This document shows, piece by piece, positions 43,539-60,159 of a stretch of 64,000 bases of DNA. Each line of letters starts with the position of its first letter. Position 1 is the first letter of the stretch. The notes under the pieces are model-generated. The model searched no databases and was not told the DNA's origin. It saw only the letters and a list, made by a program, of their open reading frames with translations. The DNA is from Heptranchias perlo (Eukaryota): contig NC_090335.1 in the NCBI RefSeq assembly GCF_035084215.1, positions 7,998,001 to 8,062,000 on the forward strand, in the 5' to 3' direction. The position numbers and the translations under genes were made by a program.

Positions 43539-46500
43539 ATGACTATATCAACAACTTGATGCACTTAGTCAGTGCTCTACATTCTCACTATTCTACCTGT
43601 CCTTGTGGCCACTCACTTTGTTTCCAAAAACATATCTACCAATTCCACACACTTCAGCAGTGATTGGTAGTTGTTGTGAGCACATTTGATTTCCTGAAGC
43701 CCCATGCTAAATGATATATTTTACTATCGTGGAAATGTCACTGCCTATCATTGGGAATCAGGTTTACAAATCTTTCCTTCAGCATGCTGCCCTTCAATTT
43801 GACAAGCACCGCTATGTTGATTAGGCTTCTATTGCTGGATATATGCTCTGATTTATGATGTACTTTGATATTTGGTAACAACTGTTAGCGGGCTGGGGAC
43901 TCCTTCAGAGATTCGCGAGTGTTTGTAAGGGTTCAACAAGGGAATAATCGTCAAATACATCATTATGTTACTTCCACATCAGGAAGGTGAAGGCATTCGA
44001 TGTTGCAGTGTACAGGTGGGTCTCAAGAAATCTATGTGACTGTAGCTCGATTATTGTCAATCTGCTTACTGTATCTGTTCACTACCTCCCCTGGCTGAGA
44101 GGAGCTAACCTGGGCTCACAGCAGGTATTGAGTCTGGCGACTGCCTGGCCTGTGCAGCTCAGTACCCCAGCACACTGTGTATTTGGCTGCTGAATATTTT
44201 TGTAATGTGGTAGCCCAGAGAGCATTTGAAGCTAGAATTTTCAAGCTTGGAGGAAGAGTGTGCTACATGTTTGGACACTGAACCTGATAACATGAATCGT
44301 ACATGTAATGTAATTGGGTGTCGATATTTCAAAGTAGCAACTGTGCCTGGGGTGTTGGGTAAAATGAAGAGAGGCGTTAAAGTGGCAGTATTTGCCTGGA
44401 AAGTGCAGGTGACATTGTTCCCTGAGTATTGGGATGGCGCACAGCTTGGTAGAAGTGTTGCACTGGTTTGTGCCACTGGAAAGCAAGTGACAGAGTGAGA
44501 AGGGTGTGGACAGGAACCCTCTTGAGTTGTTGATACATTAAAAGGAAAATGACCTGACTGTCACAGAATGTGGCAATGTGTACAGAAGGTGCTTTGGCTT
44601 TTGTTTCACTGTTAAATTTGATGCCTTTTTATGGGTTGGCCCTTTCTTTTCATAGACCACCACTTTCATGAATTTCATTTACATATATTTCAAGAACTTA
44701 TTCGATAAAGAAAGCCTGGATGCCATAAAAACTGATTTTTCTTAAAAATCGAGCAGTGTAACTTGTACAATTATCCACTCCATTCAAACTAGGGAATCAC
44801 GTTGCCTGAATCATTCCAGATTCCTCATTTGGTAAAATAGATCCAAAGATCCCAGCAATGACGTAACAGGAGCTGACTTGCTTTTGCACATTAGGCATTG
44901 TATAGTTGAGTGCCAGGCAAAATGTTGATTCTACATGAAAAGCAAGTGGCTTTGCAGAGGTTTCTTAGCTTGCCCTGGCTGTGATTTCCAGTGATTTAAG
45001 AACGTAAGAACATAACAAATAGGAGCAGGAGTAGGCCATATGGCCCCTTGAGCCTGCTTCGCCATAGAATCAGATCATGGCTGATCCTCAACCTCAACTC
45101 CACTTTCCCGCTCTATCCCCATATCCCTTGATTCCCCTAGTGTCCAAAAATCTATTGATCTCAGTCTTGAATATACTCAACAACTGAGCATCCACAGCCC
45201 TTTGGGGTAGAGATTCTCCACCCTCTGAGTGAAGAAATCCTTCTTTATCTTGGTCCTAAATGGCCAACCCCTTATCCTGAGACTATGAGCCCTAGTTCTA
45301 GACTCTCCCACCAGGGGAAACAGCCTCTCAGAATCTACTCTGTCAAGCCCTCTCAGAATCTTAAATGTTTCATTGAGATCACCTCTCATTCTTCTTCACT
45401 CCAGAGAACATAGGCCCATTCTACTCAATCTCTCCTCATAGGACAACCCTCTCATCCCAGGAATCAATCTAGTGAACCTTTGTTGCATTCCCTCTAAGGC
45501 AAGTATATCCTGCCATGGGTAAGGAGACCAAAAATGTACACAGTACTTCCGAATTGCTTGCTGTACCTGCACGTTAACATTCTGTGATTCGTGTACAAGG
45601 ACACCCAAATCTCTCTGACTACCAACATTTCTTAGTCTCTCACCTTTTAAAAAATATTCTGCTTTTCTATTCTTCCTACCAAAGTGGATAATTTCACCTT
45701 CTCGCCCATTCACTTAATCTGTCTATATCCCTTTGCAGCCTCTTTGTGTCCTCCTCACAGCTTACTTTCCCACCTAGCCTTGTATTGTCAGCAAACTTGG
45801 ACACATTACACTTGGTCCCCTCATTGTCATTAATATGAATTGTAAACAGCTGAGGCCCAAGCACTGATCCTTGTGGCACCCCACTAGTTACAACCTGCCA
45901 ACCCGAAAATGACCCGTTTATTCCTACTCTCTGTTTTCTGTCTGTTAAGCAATTCTCAATCCATGCTAATATATTACCTCCAATCCCACGAGCCCTAATC
46001 TTGTGTAACCACCTTTTGTGTGGCATCGTATCGAATGCCTTTTGAAAATCCAAATATACTACATCCACTGGTTCCTCCTTATCTACCCTGCTAGTTACAC
46101 ACTGAAAAACCTCTAATAAATTTGTCAAACACAATTTCCCTTTCATAAAATCCTGTTGACTCTGCCTAATTATATTATGATTTTCTAAGCGCCCTGATAG
46201 ATTCTAGCATTTTGCCTACTACTGATATCAGACTAACTGGCGTTTAGTTCCCTGTTTTCTCTCTCCCTCCTTTCTTGAATAGCAGGGTTACATTTGCTAC
46301 CTTCGAACCCACAGGAACCGTTCTAGAATCTAGTGAATTCTGGAAAATCAAAACCAATGCATCCACTATCTCTGCAGCCACCTCTTTTAAAACTCTAGGA
46401 TGTAGGCCATCAGGTCCATGGAATTTGTTGGCTTTTAGTCCCATTAATTTCTCCAGTACTTTTTCTTGGCTAATCTTACTTACTTTAAATTCCTCACTTT

Positions 46501-46554
46501 CATTTGACCCTTGGTCCCCCACTATTTCCGGTATGTTTTTTGTGTCTTCTATTG

Positions 46555-48537
<1,983 letters not shown>

Positions 48538-48617
48538 TTCTATTGCGAAGACAGGTACAAAATATTTGTTTAATGTCTCTGCCAATTCCTTATTTCCCAT
48601 TTTAATTTCTCCTGTCA

Positions 48618-48775
48618 AATTCAATAGTAAATTTCAAAAGGTATTTGGATAAATGCTTGAAGGGAAAAAAATTACCAGGTCATGGGGAAAGAGCAGGGGA
48701 ATGGGGCTAATTGGATAGCTCTACCAAACAGCCAGCACAGGCATGATGGGCCAAATGGTCTCCTTCTGTGCTACA
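48618..48775 (+). mobile_element. CR1 3' UTR fragment
   Basis: TTTCAAAAGGTATTTGGATAAATGCTTGAAGGG...GGGCCAAATGGTCTCCTTCTGTGCT. Confidence 0.75.
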
Positions 48776-48777
48776 GA

Positions 48778-49432
48778 GGATCATAGAATCATAGAAAGGT
48801 TACAGCAGAGAAGAAGGCAATTCGGCCCATCGAGTCGCACCGGCTTTATGCAAGAGCAATCCAGCTAGTCCCACTCCCCCGTAGCCCTGCAAATTTCTTC
48901 CTTTCAAGTACTTATCCAGTTCTCTTTTGAAGGCCATGATTGAATCTGCCTCCACCACCCCCTCAGGCAGTGCATTCCAGATCATAACCACTCGCTGTGT
49001 AAAAATGTTTTTCCTCATGTCACCTTTGGTTCTTTTGCCAATCACCTTAAATCTATGTCCTCTGGTCCTTGACCCTTCCATCAATGGAAATAGTATCTCA
49101 CCATCTACTCTGTCTAGACCCTTCATGATTTTGAATACCTCTCTCAAATCTCCTCGCAACCTTCTCTGTTCCAAGGAGAACAACCCCAGCTTCTCCAGTC
49201 TATTCACGTAGAGTCCCTCATCCCTGGAATCATTCTAGTAAATCTCTTCTGCAGTCTCTCTAAGGCCTTCACATCTTTCCTAAAGTGTGGTGCCCAGAAC
49301 TGGACACAATACTCCAGTTATGGTTGAACCAGTGTTTTATAAAGGTTCATCATGACTTCCATACTTTTGTACTCTATGCCTCTATTTATAAAGCCCAGGA
49401 TCCCATCTACATTTTTAACCACTTTCTCAACC
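48778..49432 (-). mobile_element. CR1 3' fragment
   Basis: RLEKLGLFSLEQRRLRGDL..FTQRVV..WNALP; tail ATCATAGAATCATAGAA. Confidence 0.92.
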
Positions 49433-49608
49433 ATCATTCTATCATTCTATGATATGTGAAAAGAAGCTTTTTCCTTGCTTACCTTGTGTATAAGTTTAAT
49501 TGATTTGCAAGGAATCTCCCCTGACCGAAGCAATTTGATCTCTGTGTATTTCAGCCATGAGGACAAAGAGCTGGTTTTCACAGAATGAAGATGATTTAAA
49601 ACCAAGCT

Positions 49609-49681
49609 CACCCCAGATGGGACTTAAACCCACAATCCCTGACTCCGGAAGCCAGTGTCTTATCCATTTGGCTACTGGGGC
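49609..49681 (-). pseudogene. tRNA-Arg(CCG) pseudogene
   Basis: Loop TT-CCG-GA; B-box GTTTAAG and D-stem mutated. Confidence 0.8.
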
Positions 49682-50678
49682 CAGATGAGCGCACAAGCAG
49701 CCTTGATGCACTTAGTCAGTGCTCTACATTCTCACTATATTCGACCTGTCCTAGTGGCCATTCCCTTTGTTTCCATCAACATATCTACCAATTCCACACA
49801 CTTCAGCAGTGATTGGTAGTTGTTGTGAGCACATTTGATTTCCTGAAGCCCCATGCTAAATTATACATTTTACTATCTTGGAAATGTCACTGCCTATCAT
49901 TAGGCAGCAGGTTTACAAAGCTTTCTTTCAGCATGATGCCCTTCAATTTGACAAGCACCGCTACGTTGATTAGGCTTCTGTTGCTGGATATATGCTCTGA
50001 CTTATAATGTACCTTGATATTTGGTGACAACTGTTAGCGGGCTGGGGACTCCTTCAGAGATTTGCGAGGGTTCGTAAGGGTTCAAAAACACAAGGCAATG
50101 ATAACAATCATCATCAAATACGTCATTATGTTACTTCCACGTCATGAAGATGGAGGCATTCGATGCCATAGTGCACAGGTGGGTCTCAAGAAATCAAAAT
50201 GATTGAGGCTTGATTATTGTCAATCTGCTCACTGTTTCTGTTCACTACCTCCCCTGGCTGAGAGGAGCTAACCTCAGCTCACAGCAGGTATTGAGCCTGG
50301 CAACTGCCTGGTCTGTGCAGCTCAGTACCCCAGCACACTGTCCATTTGCCTGCTGAATATTTTTGTAATGTGGTAGCTCAGACAGCATTTGAAGCTCAAA
50401 TTTTCCAGGTTGGAAGAAGAGTGTGCTCTGTATTTGGTCACTGAATCTGATAACCTGAATCTTATATGTAATGTAATTGGGTGTCGACATTTCAAAGTAG
50501 CAACTGTGCCTGGGGTGTTGGGTAAAATGAAGGCAGGCTTTAATGGAGCAGAATTTGGCTGGAAAGTGCAGGTGACATTGTTCCCTTAGTGTTGGTGGAA
50601 ACGTTGCATTCGTTTGTGCCACTGGAATGCAAGCAACAGAGTGAGAAGGGGCCAAACAGGAACTGCCTAGATTGGTTG

Positions 50679-53600
50679 TGTAAGGACATGGTTTGAAACA
50701 AGCATAGACAAGAATAGCACCAAGCATTGCAGCAAGAGGGTGGATGTTAAAGGGCGGCAAAGTTCAGCAGCTTTATGAGAAAGATAACTTAGAACCCCAA
50801 GAGGTCATTGAAAGAAAGCTGAGGCATTAGAATGATCAAAACAACGAAAGTCAGGAGACAGTTTGTACCAGATATTTGCTAAGAAACCACATACACTAAG
50901 ACCTGATAACAGTGAAAGGCTACATAAACAGGAGACATGATGGGTCCGTGGAAGACCATGAGTGAATACATACTAACCACTATCAGATGTTTACACAACA
51001 GAGGTAAGGGATGAGACAGCCACGGCTCATGTTTGGGTGTTTTCACATAGTCAGCACAATGGGATGATTTATAACCAGGAGATAAGGACAAAGAATCGGA
51101 CGTGCAGAACAATGCAGCTGAATAGTGTAAAGGAAGGGCATGCTCCCTCCCGAGAGTTAGAGCTCTCGAGAGGATGGACATAGGTCCATTGCCCAGGCAA
51201 ACCACAGAGGTCAGATTGGATGAATTTTGAGACCGATGAAGTAAAACCAGGTTGTATTGATTTCTTGTCATTTAATTTAGTCTGAAGATAGTTGTATTAT
51301 AACTATAATACTGTGTGAGTCAATCTATTAAAGCTTGTTATTTTATAACCACTCGGGCTTGTATCACACTGCAGTTATTGTTAAAGGATTAATAATCCTT
51401 TAAACGACACTAACGGGAAAATCCGTAAACAAATGGTGTCCCTGGGTGGGCCCGAGTTTTAAAGGTTTAAAGTAGCTAGCGTTAACATATTGACTAAGTA
51501 AGTCACACGAGATGGGGAGGAGGAATAAGTAGTTGGAAGCCGGGGAAAGGTAGCCGTGGAAACGGGAAGGAGGAATAGGTGGTTGTGATCGACTGGGCTA
51601 ATGGTAGCCACCCCTCAAACCCATAGGAGAATAAACCATGGTGAGTGCACCGGATGGTTCATGTTCGGCAATCCACACAGATGTGGAAAAGTCATTCGGG
51701 TCACGCATGCCATTAAGAGAAGAGGAAAGAAATTGTGCAGGAGGACAAGGAGTTAAAATGAGCCCTTTCACAGCAGAATGAGGCTGTAAAGGAATTATGT
51801 AAAAATCAGATGCAAAGCATATCCTGGAGAACATAGGAACTTGTACTGTATTAGTTAAAATCTGTCAGACTTTGTGTGAGGTGGAGACTGAGAGGAAGAA
51901 ACTGGTAAAGGTGAAGAAAATTAAAGAGCAGAATTGGAAATCGTGAGTCTTGTTGTTTCAGCCACAAGAGTTAGTGAGATTGAGAGAGGAAGTTGAAATT
52001 TGGAAGGGTAAATTGAAAGATAAGGAAGAAAGAAGAAGAAAAAGAAAGATGGAGGGGCCTTCACCACACCAGGCTTAAAACCTGGTTGAAGTAAAAAAAA
52101 GAGTAATCTATGATGAAATAAAGAAGGAGAAAGGGAGAGGATCACAAGCTACAGAATGTGTTCTTTTGTTTTCAGTGCCCTGGCTCTTTAAAAAGCCTGT
52201 CCTCACTGTGAATGCTTTCTTTTCGCTGTTGTGGGCTACGGCCCCTTTTTAATACTTGTTATGTGTTTTCCTCTTTTGTGTAATGTCACAAAGATTTTGA
52301 TTAAGTGCAAAAGCAGTTATTTCCAGTATGTTTACAGTTTTTGGAAAGGTGCTCCTGAAGAACGAAAGACGATGTAATTTACTGGGTTTTAGTAAGCATG
52401 TGCTATATTGATGATTTTATCTGTACTCCCTTGTGTTTAATTTTGATATTGTTGAATTAAAATTGGAGTTATTGAGGTTAACTGATCTATCAGTTTGTGG
52501 AAACCAGACTTTTATTGTGGCCACAGTGAAATTCTGGTTCTTATAAATTTAAAATGTTAGTGTCTCAAATTATCACATACGAAAATTGGTATTTGAATTT
52601 CTTAAATGCTTAATGTGTTGAGTATTGGTGAGTGTGAATTGATCTGATTGAAGTTGTGTTGAGTATTGGTGAGTGTGAATTGATCTGATTGAAGTTGTGT
52701 TGAGTATTGGTGAGTGTGAATTGATCTGATTGTGGAGTTGTGTTGAGTATTCGTGGGTGTGAATTGATCTATAAGGAGTTAATGTTGTGTGTAACTGTAA
52801 TCGAAGAATGATATCTTGTTATCTAGTACAGGACATCAATTTTGAAAATTTTGAGACGATCATCTTGGTTGTACTGGAATGTGATAGCTGTTAGCAAACT
52901 GACAGCATCCCTTTAATCTTGTGATTGGCTGTGGTCAGAAAAAAAGCGACTGAGAAAAGAAAAAGATTATCTGACGGATCTCGTATCTCCATGAGAAGAA
53001 TTGGGAAATGTCGTGTCGTTGGACTCTCTAAGAGTTAATAAATTTTGGACATCACTTAAATAAATGCTAAATTTTTAATATCAATTGGAATTTAATCTGC
53101 AACGATTGTGGATAAAAAGGCCAGGCCCAAGTGCTCCTTTAAAAAAAAACTGACATGAACGAACTGAAATGCTATCCCCCGACACAAAAGGTTTTAAAAA
53201 AATTTATGTGAAAACTACGCTGACGTACGCTGTGTGAGTCTGATGATATCTGGCTCCGTCGTTTTGTTTCTCCAAAGAAGTTAACTCCTTCCAAGGACAT
53301 CAACATCTGTTTTTAATTCACCAAGCAACAACCTTTCCATTTATTCAAAATAATTGGCAAAATTTAATTGAATATTTCCCCACGGTGACAGAATGAAATC
53401 ATGAATCAACAAATTAACCCCTTGGGCTCTCAAGAAGAGCCACAATGGATTTTCTGTGTTTCTTTTTAAACAGGGGATATGGTTTTCGGGACGGCATGAG
53501 TGTTGATGGTGACGGATTACCAAGAGTAGTTCTTTTACATAATAGTGGCTTCACAAAGTTCGGGAGCAAGCATTGCTGGAAATGTGTTGGTGCAGGAAGT

Positions 53601-54243
53601 GATCCAGTTGTGTTAAGAATTTAAGATCTTATCCGCAGGCATCGGCAGATATCAAATCTCACAGCATGGTGATGTTTTGGACTAAGGCTTACGACTTGGA
53701 TTTTGAAAATTCAGAATTACATAGAGAAGGAAAAGCAGTCATCAGCCTTGATCAAATTTCTTCTATACTTAACGAAGAATATACCAAGTTGCTTTTCCTC
53801 TTTTGAAAACGTTTTGATTTGTTTTGCTTTAACCCATTTATTTTCTGAGACAGAGTGCTTATAGGGTGGGGGGTGGGGTGAGGGGGAGGGGGCTGGTGGA
53901 AATATATCCAAAAATAATTACAAACACTTCTGTCTCTACGGTAAAATCACAAAGCCTGGACATAATTGGTATCTGAAATTGGAATTGATAAGATAAATTG
54001 ATAGGTGTTGTGGACTCGAGAAGGTAAAATTTACCTGTAGTTTAAGGGGATAATCAAATTCTATTTTAAAATAAAAGGAGTCCAGTCTGAATGGTTCCTG
54101 TCCAATGCTGTGAATCAAGGAAGAAAGTATTTTGGGGGGAAATAAAATTGTACGTTGACAAGTCCTGTCAGTCCAACAATAATGTGTCTGGATTTGGGAT
54201 AATTCTGAAATGATGGAATGGGCTCAGGCACAATGTAGTGGAT
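50679..54243 (+). mobile_element. ERV relic copy f (full LTR 50679-51431, PBS 51434-51451)
   Basis: AAACA-AA-TGGTGTCCCTGGGTGGGC; 4 copies of the 41-bp unit at about 52614-52772; LYVDKSC at about 54148. Confidence 0.82.
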
Positions 54244-54516
54244 CGTTGGGTAAAATGAAGACATGCGTTAAAGGGGCAGTATTTGCCTGGAAAGTGGAGG
54301 TGACATTGTTCCCTGAGTATTGGGATGGCGCACAGCTTGGTAGAAGCATCACATTGGTTTGTGCTACTGGAAAGCAAGTGATGGAGTGAGAAGGGTGCTG
54401 GACAGGAACTGCTTGGATTGGTTGATAAGTTAAAAGGAAAGCTACCTGACTGTCATGGAATGCGGCAATGTTTACGGAAGATGCTTTGGCATTTGTTTCA
54501 TAGCCAAAAGTGCCCT

Positions 54517-54590
54517 CACTCCAGCTGGGACTTTGAACGCACAATCCCTGGTTTAGGAGGCTAGTGCTTTAGCCATTCGGCCACTGGGGC
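54517..54590 (-). pseudogene. tRNA-Arg(CCT) pseudogene
   Basis: Loop CTCCTAA retained; 1-nt T-loop insertion and stem mismatches. Confidence 0.75.
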
Positions 54591-54962
54591 TGTATGTGAT
54601 AAGAGTTTGGTGCGTGCAACTTGCCCCTTTGTCCCTATCTAGTCACTGCCAACTTTGATGCCTTTTTATGGGCCGTCCCTTTCTTTTCATACACAATCAC
54701 ATTGTATCAGTTCCAAAGATCCCAGCAATGACGTGACAGGATCTGACTTGCTTTTGTGCGTCAGCAATTGGTACAGTTGAGTGCTGGGCAAAATGTTGAT
54801 TTTATGTGAAAACCAAACGACTTTGTAGATGTTTCCGCTGGCTGTAAGTTTCAATGATTTGCAAGACAGCACTTCAGATTGAAGCTATTTGATATTTGTG
54901 TATTTGAGTAATGAGGACAAAGAGCTGGTTTTCACAGAGTGAAGTTGATTTAAAACCAAGCG

Positions 54963-55029
54963 TACCCCAGAGGGGACTCAAACCCACAATCCTAGACACC
55001 AGAAACCAATTTCTTATCCATTCGGCCAC
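54963..55029 (-). pseudogene. tRNA-Arg pseudogene
   Basis: ACCCCAGAGGGGACTCAAACCCACAATCC...TTATCCATTCGGCCAC. Confidence 0.7.
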
Positions 55030-56093
55030 AAGTTTGTTGTTGCAGCCTTGATGCACTTGGTCATTGCTCTACATTCTCGCTACATTCTCCCAGTCCTTGC
55101 GGTCACTCCCTTTGTTTTCATCAACATATCAACCAATTCCACATACTTTAGCAATTTCCTGAAGCCCCATGCTAAATGATACATTTTACTACCTTGGAAA
55201 TGTCACTGCCTATCATTAGGTTACACGTTTAAAATCTTTCCTTCAGCATGCTGCCGTTCACTTTGACAAGCACCACTACGTTGATTAGGCTTCTATTGCT
55301 GGATATATGCTCTGACTTACAATGGACCTTGATATTTGGTGAGAACTGTTTGCGGGCTGGGGACTCCTTCAGAGATTCACGAGTGTTCGTAAGGGTTCAA
55401 AAACGCACGGCAATGATGTCAATCATCGTCAAATACATTATTATGTTACTTCCACACCATGAAGATGGAGGCATTCGATGCTGCAGTGCACAGGTGGGTC
55501 TCAAGAAATCTGTGTGATTGAAGCTTTATTATTGTCAATCTGCTCACTGTTTCTGTTTACTACCTCCCCTGGCTGAGAGGAGCTAACCTCAGCTCACAGC
55601 AGGTATTGAGCCTGGCAACTGCCTGGCCTGTGCAGCTCAGTACCCCAGCACACTGTGCATTTGCCTGCTGAGTATTTTTGTAATGTGGTAGCCCAGAGAG
55701 CATTTGAAGATGGAATTTTCCAGCTTGGAGGAAGAGTATGCTCTGTATTTGGCCACTGAACCTGATAACAAGAATCATACATGTAATGTAATTGGTTGTC
55801 GACATTTCAAAGTAGCAACTGTGCCTGGGGTGTTGGGTAAAATGAAGACATGCATTAAACGGGCAATATTTGCCTGGAAACTGCAGATGACATTATTCCC
55901 TGAGTGTTGTGATGGCACACAGCTCGGTCGAAGCTTCGCATTGGTCTGTGACACTGGAAGGCAAGCGACAGAGTGAGAAGGGTGCCAGACAAGAACTGCC
56001 TAGATTGCTTGATAACTTAAAAAGAAAGCTACCAGCCTGTTGCAATGTTTACAGAAGATGCTCATACATTTTTTGCAGGAGCAGAACTTACTT

Positions 56094-56166
56094 CACTCCA
56101 GATGGAACTTGACCCTATAATCCCAAGTGTAGGAGGCTAGTGCCTTATCCATTAGCCCATTGGGGC
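56094..56166 (-). pseudogene. tRNA-Arg(CCT) pseudogene
   Basis: TAGGAGGCTAGTGCCTTATCCATTAG retained; T-arm degenerate. Confidence 0.7.
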
Positions 56167-56257
56167 TGTATGTAATAGGAGCTTGGTGCTTGAAACCTGC
56201 CCCTTTGTTTCTATTTATTTCTATCAATTCCAAAGATCCCAGTAATGACGTGACAGG

Positions 56258-59200
56258 GAGATGGCTTATCAGGGGAAAGCAGCAAGAGCCAAGTTCGTGG
56301 CACCACGGGTGGCTCTGCTGCACAGGAGGGGAGGAAGAAGAGTGGCAGGGCTATAGTGATAGGGGATTCAATTGTAAGGGGAACAGATAGGCATTTCTGC
56401 GGCAGCAAACGTGACTCCAGGATGGTATGTTGCCTCCCTGGTGCTAGGGTCAAGGATGTCGCGGAGCGGCTGCAGGACGTTCTGGAGGGGGAGGGTGAAC
56501 AGCCAGTAGTCGTGGTCCATATCGGTACCAACGACATAGGTAAAAAAAGGGATGAGGTCCTGCAAGGTGAATTTAAGGAGTTAGGAGATAAATTAAAAAG
56601 CAGGACTTCAAAGGTAGTGATCTCAGGATTACTACCAGTGCCACGTGCTAGTGAGTATAGGAACAGGAGAATAGGCAGGATGAATGCGTGGCTGCAGGGA
56701 TGGTGTAGGAGGGAGGGATTTAGATTCCTGGGACATTGGGACCGGTTCTGGGGAAGGTGGGACCTGTACAAGCGTGATGGGTTACACCCGAGCAGGACCG
56801 GGACCAATGTCCTCGCGGGGGTGTTTGCTAGTGCTGTTGGGGAAGGTTTAAACTAGAGTAGCAGGGGGATGGGAACCTGAGCGGGGAGACAGAAGGGAGT
56901 AAAGTTGAGAGCAGCAAGAGAGAGGAAGACCCAGGGGAAATCTACAATACAAATAATACAAACAGTTGTTCAAGAACAAGTGAAAGGGAAAAGCAGAAAG
57001 AAAGTGTACTTTAGGCACGACAGCTAAAGTGAAAACTAGAAGGCGTAAGGTGATTAACCCAGCATCAAAGCTGAAGGTCAGGCTAGGGTGTGTGGCCCAA
57101 CTAAGAGTTCTATATACAAATGCACAGAGTATAAGGAATAAATTAAATGAACGACAGGTTCAAATTCAAATTGGAGGGTATGACATGATAGCTATTACTG
57201 AGACATGGCTGCAGGATGGTCAGGATTGGGAACTAAATATACCGGGTTATAAGGTCTACAGGAGAGATAGGGAAAATGGAAGAGGGGGTGGAGTAGCCTT
57301 AGTGATTAGAGATGAAATCACTTCAATGATAAAGGAGGATATAACGAGAGGTAAGCAGCCAACAGAGACCTTATGGGTTGAATTGAGAAATAGAAAAGGA
57401 TTTAAGACTATAGAGGGAGTTGTATATAGGACCCCTGCACCAGCTCTGAAGTGCTAGATTGTATAAATGCAGAGATTAGAAAAGCGTGTAACAAAGGCAC
57501 AGTGGTCTTAATGGGGGACTTCAACCTTCACATAGATTGGGAAAAGCAGACTAGCAACTGTCAGAAAGGTAGTGAATTTCTTGAGTGCGTCCGGGATAGT
57601 TTTCGACAGCAGTATGGCCTAGAGGCAACAAGGGGGCAAGCCATACTAGATTTAGTAATGAGTAATGAACCAGATTTAGTTAACGGCTTAACTGTGCGTG
57701 AACAGCTATCCAATAGCGATCATAACATGATCGAGTTCAATGTAGTGTTTGAAAGGGAAAAAAATGAATTAGGTGCTAAGATTCTAGACTTGGGTGTGGC
57801 CGACTTCAATGGGATGAGACAGAGACTGTCCACGGTAAACTGGGCAAATCTGTTAATGGGTAAAATGACTGATGATCAGTGGGAAATGTTTAAAGAAACA
57901 TTTAACGTGATACAGAATCGGTTTATACCCCTGAGGGGCAAGAACTCTACTTGCCAAAAAAAACAGCCATGGAGAACTAAAGAGGTAAGGGACAGTATAA
58001 GACATAAGGAAAGGGCATACAAAAAGGCAAAAAATGGCACAGATCCTGGCGAATGGGAAAGATCAACAAAGGGTCACAAAACAGATAGTAAGAGCTACAA
58101 AGAGAGAGTATGAAAAGAAACTTGCAAGGGATATCAAAACCAATACGAAGAACTTTTATAGTTACATTAGAAAAAAGAGGGTGGTCAGGAGCAGTGTTGG
58201 CCCCTTCAAAACGGAAAGTGGGGATATTGTCGTTGACAATGAGGAAATGGTGGACATGTTGAACAATTACTTTGCGTCAGTATTTACAGTGGAAAAAGAG
58301 GATAGCATGCCGGAAATCCCAAGAAAACTAATATTGAATCGGGGACAGGGTCTCGATAAAATTAACATAAGTAAAGCAACAGTAATGAAGAAAATAATAG
58401 CACTAAAGAGTAACAAATCCCCAGGACCAGACGGTTTCCATCCCAGGGTTTTAAAGGAAGTAGGTGAGCACATTGCAGATGCCCTAACTATAATCTTTCA
58501 AAGTTCTCTAGATTCAGGAACTGACCCTCTAGATTGGAAAATTGCACATGTCACTCCGCTTTTTAAGAAAGGAAAGAGAGGGAAACCGGGGAATTATAGA
58601 CCAGTTAGCCTAACATCTGTTGTGGGGAAAATGCTGGAGTCTATAATTAAGGATGGGGTGACTGAACACCTCGAGAATTTTCAGTTAATCAGAGAGAGCC
58701 AGCATAGATTTGTGAAAGGTAGGCCGTCAATGGATGTTATTTATATGGACTTCCAGAAGGCATTTGATAAGGTCCCACATAAGAGACTGTTAGCTAAGCT
58801 AGAACCCCATGGAATCGAGGGAAAAGTACGGACTTGGTTAGGAAGTTGGCTGAGCGAAAGGCGACAGAGAGTAGGGATAATGGGTAGGTACTCACATTGG
58901 CAGGATGTGACTAGTGGAGTCCCACAGGGACCTGTCTTGGGGCCTCAATTATTCACAATATTTATTAACGACTTAGATGAAGGCATAGAAAGTCTCATAT
59001 CTAAGTTTGCCGATGACACAAAGATTGGTGGCATTGTAAGCAGTGTGGATGAAAACATAAAATTACAAAGCGATATTGATAGATTAGGTGAATGGGCAAA
59101 ACTGTGGCAAATGGAATTCAATGTAGACAAATGTAAGGTCATCCACTTTGGATCAAAAAAGGATAGAACAGGGTACTTTCTAAATGGTAAGAAGTTAAAA

Positions 59201-59933
59201 ACAGTGGATGTCCAAAAGGACTTAGGGGTACAGGTACATAGATCAATGAAGTGTCATGAACAGGTGCAGAAAATAATCAATAAGGCTAATGGAATGCTGG
59301 CCTTTATATCTGGAGGACTGGAGTACAAGGGTACAGAAGTTATGCTGCAGCTATACAAAACCCTGGTTAGACCACACCTGGAGTACTGTGAGCAGTTCTG
59401 GGCACCGCACCTTTGGAAGGACATATTGGCCTTGGAGAGAGTGCTGCGTGGGTTTACTAGAATGATACCTGGACTTCAAGGGTTAAGTTACGAGGAGAGA
59501 TTACACAAATTGGGGTTGTATTCTCTAGAGTTTCGAAGGTTAAGGGGTGATCTGATTGAAGTTTATAAGATATTAAGGGGAACAGATAGGGTGGATAGAG
59601 AGAAACTATTTCCGCTGGTTGGGGATTCTAGGAGTAGGGGGCACAGTCTAAAAATTAGAGCCAGACCTTTCAGGAGCGAGATTAGAAAACATTTGTACAC
59701 ACAAAGGGTGGTAGAAGTTTGGAACTCTCTTCCGCAAACGGCAATTGATACTAGCTCAATTGCTAAATTTAAATGTGAGATAGATAGCTTTTTGGCAATC
59801 AAAGGTATTAAGGGATATGGGCCAAAGGCAGGTATATGGAGTTAGATCACAGATCAGCCATGATCTTATCAAATGGCGGAGCAGGCACGAGGGGCTGAAT
59901 GGCCTACTCCTGTTCCTATGTTCCTATGTTCTT
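56258..59933 (+). mobile_element. Long CR1 LINE (ORF1 SGNH esterase 56356-56856; frameshifted ORF2 APE-RT, about 57100-59845)
   Basis: IGDSIVRG..CCLPGARVKD..HIGTND..DGLH; LYTNAQSI..ITETWL; MGDFN; SDHN; 603-aa RT ORF with FADDTK; tail (TTCCTATG)n; empty site GACAGG|ATCTG in paralogs. Confidence 0.96.
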
Positions 59934-60159
59934 AGGATCTGACTTGCATTAGCAATTGGTATGGTTGAGTGCTGGGCAAATTGTTGATTGTATGTGAAAA
60001 GCAAGTGGGTTTCCAGAGGTTTCCTTGCTTTCCCTGACTGTAAGTTTCATCGATCTACAAGACATCTCTCCTGTGATTGAATGATTTGATCTCTGTGTAT
60101 TTCAGCAACAATGACAAAGAGCTGGTTTACACAGAATGAAGTTGATTTAAAACCAAGCT

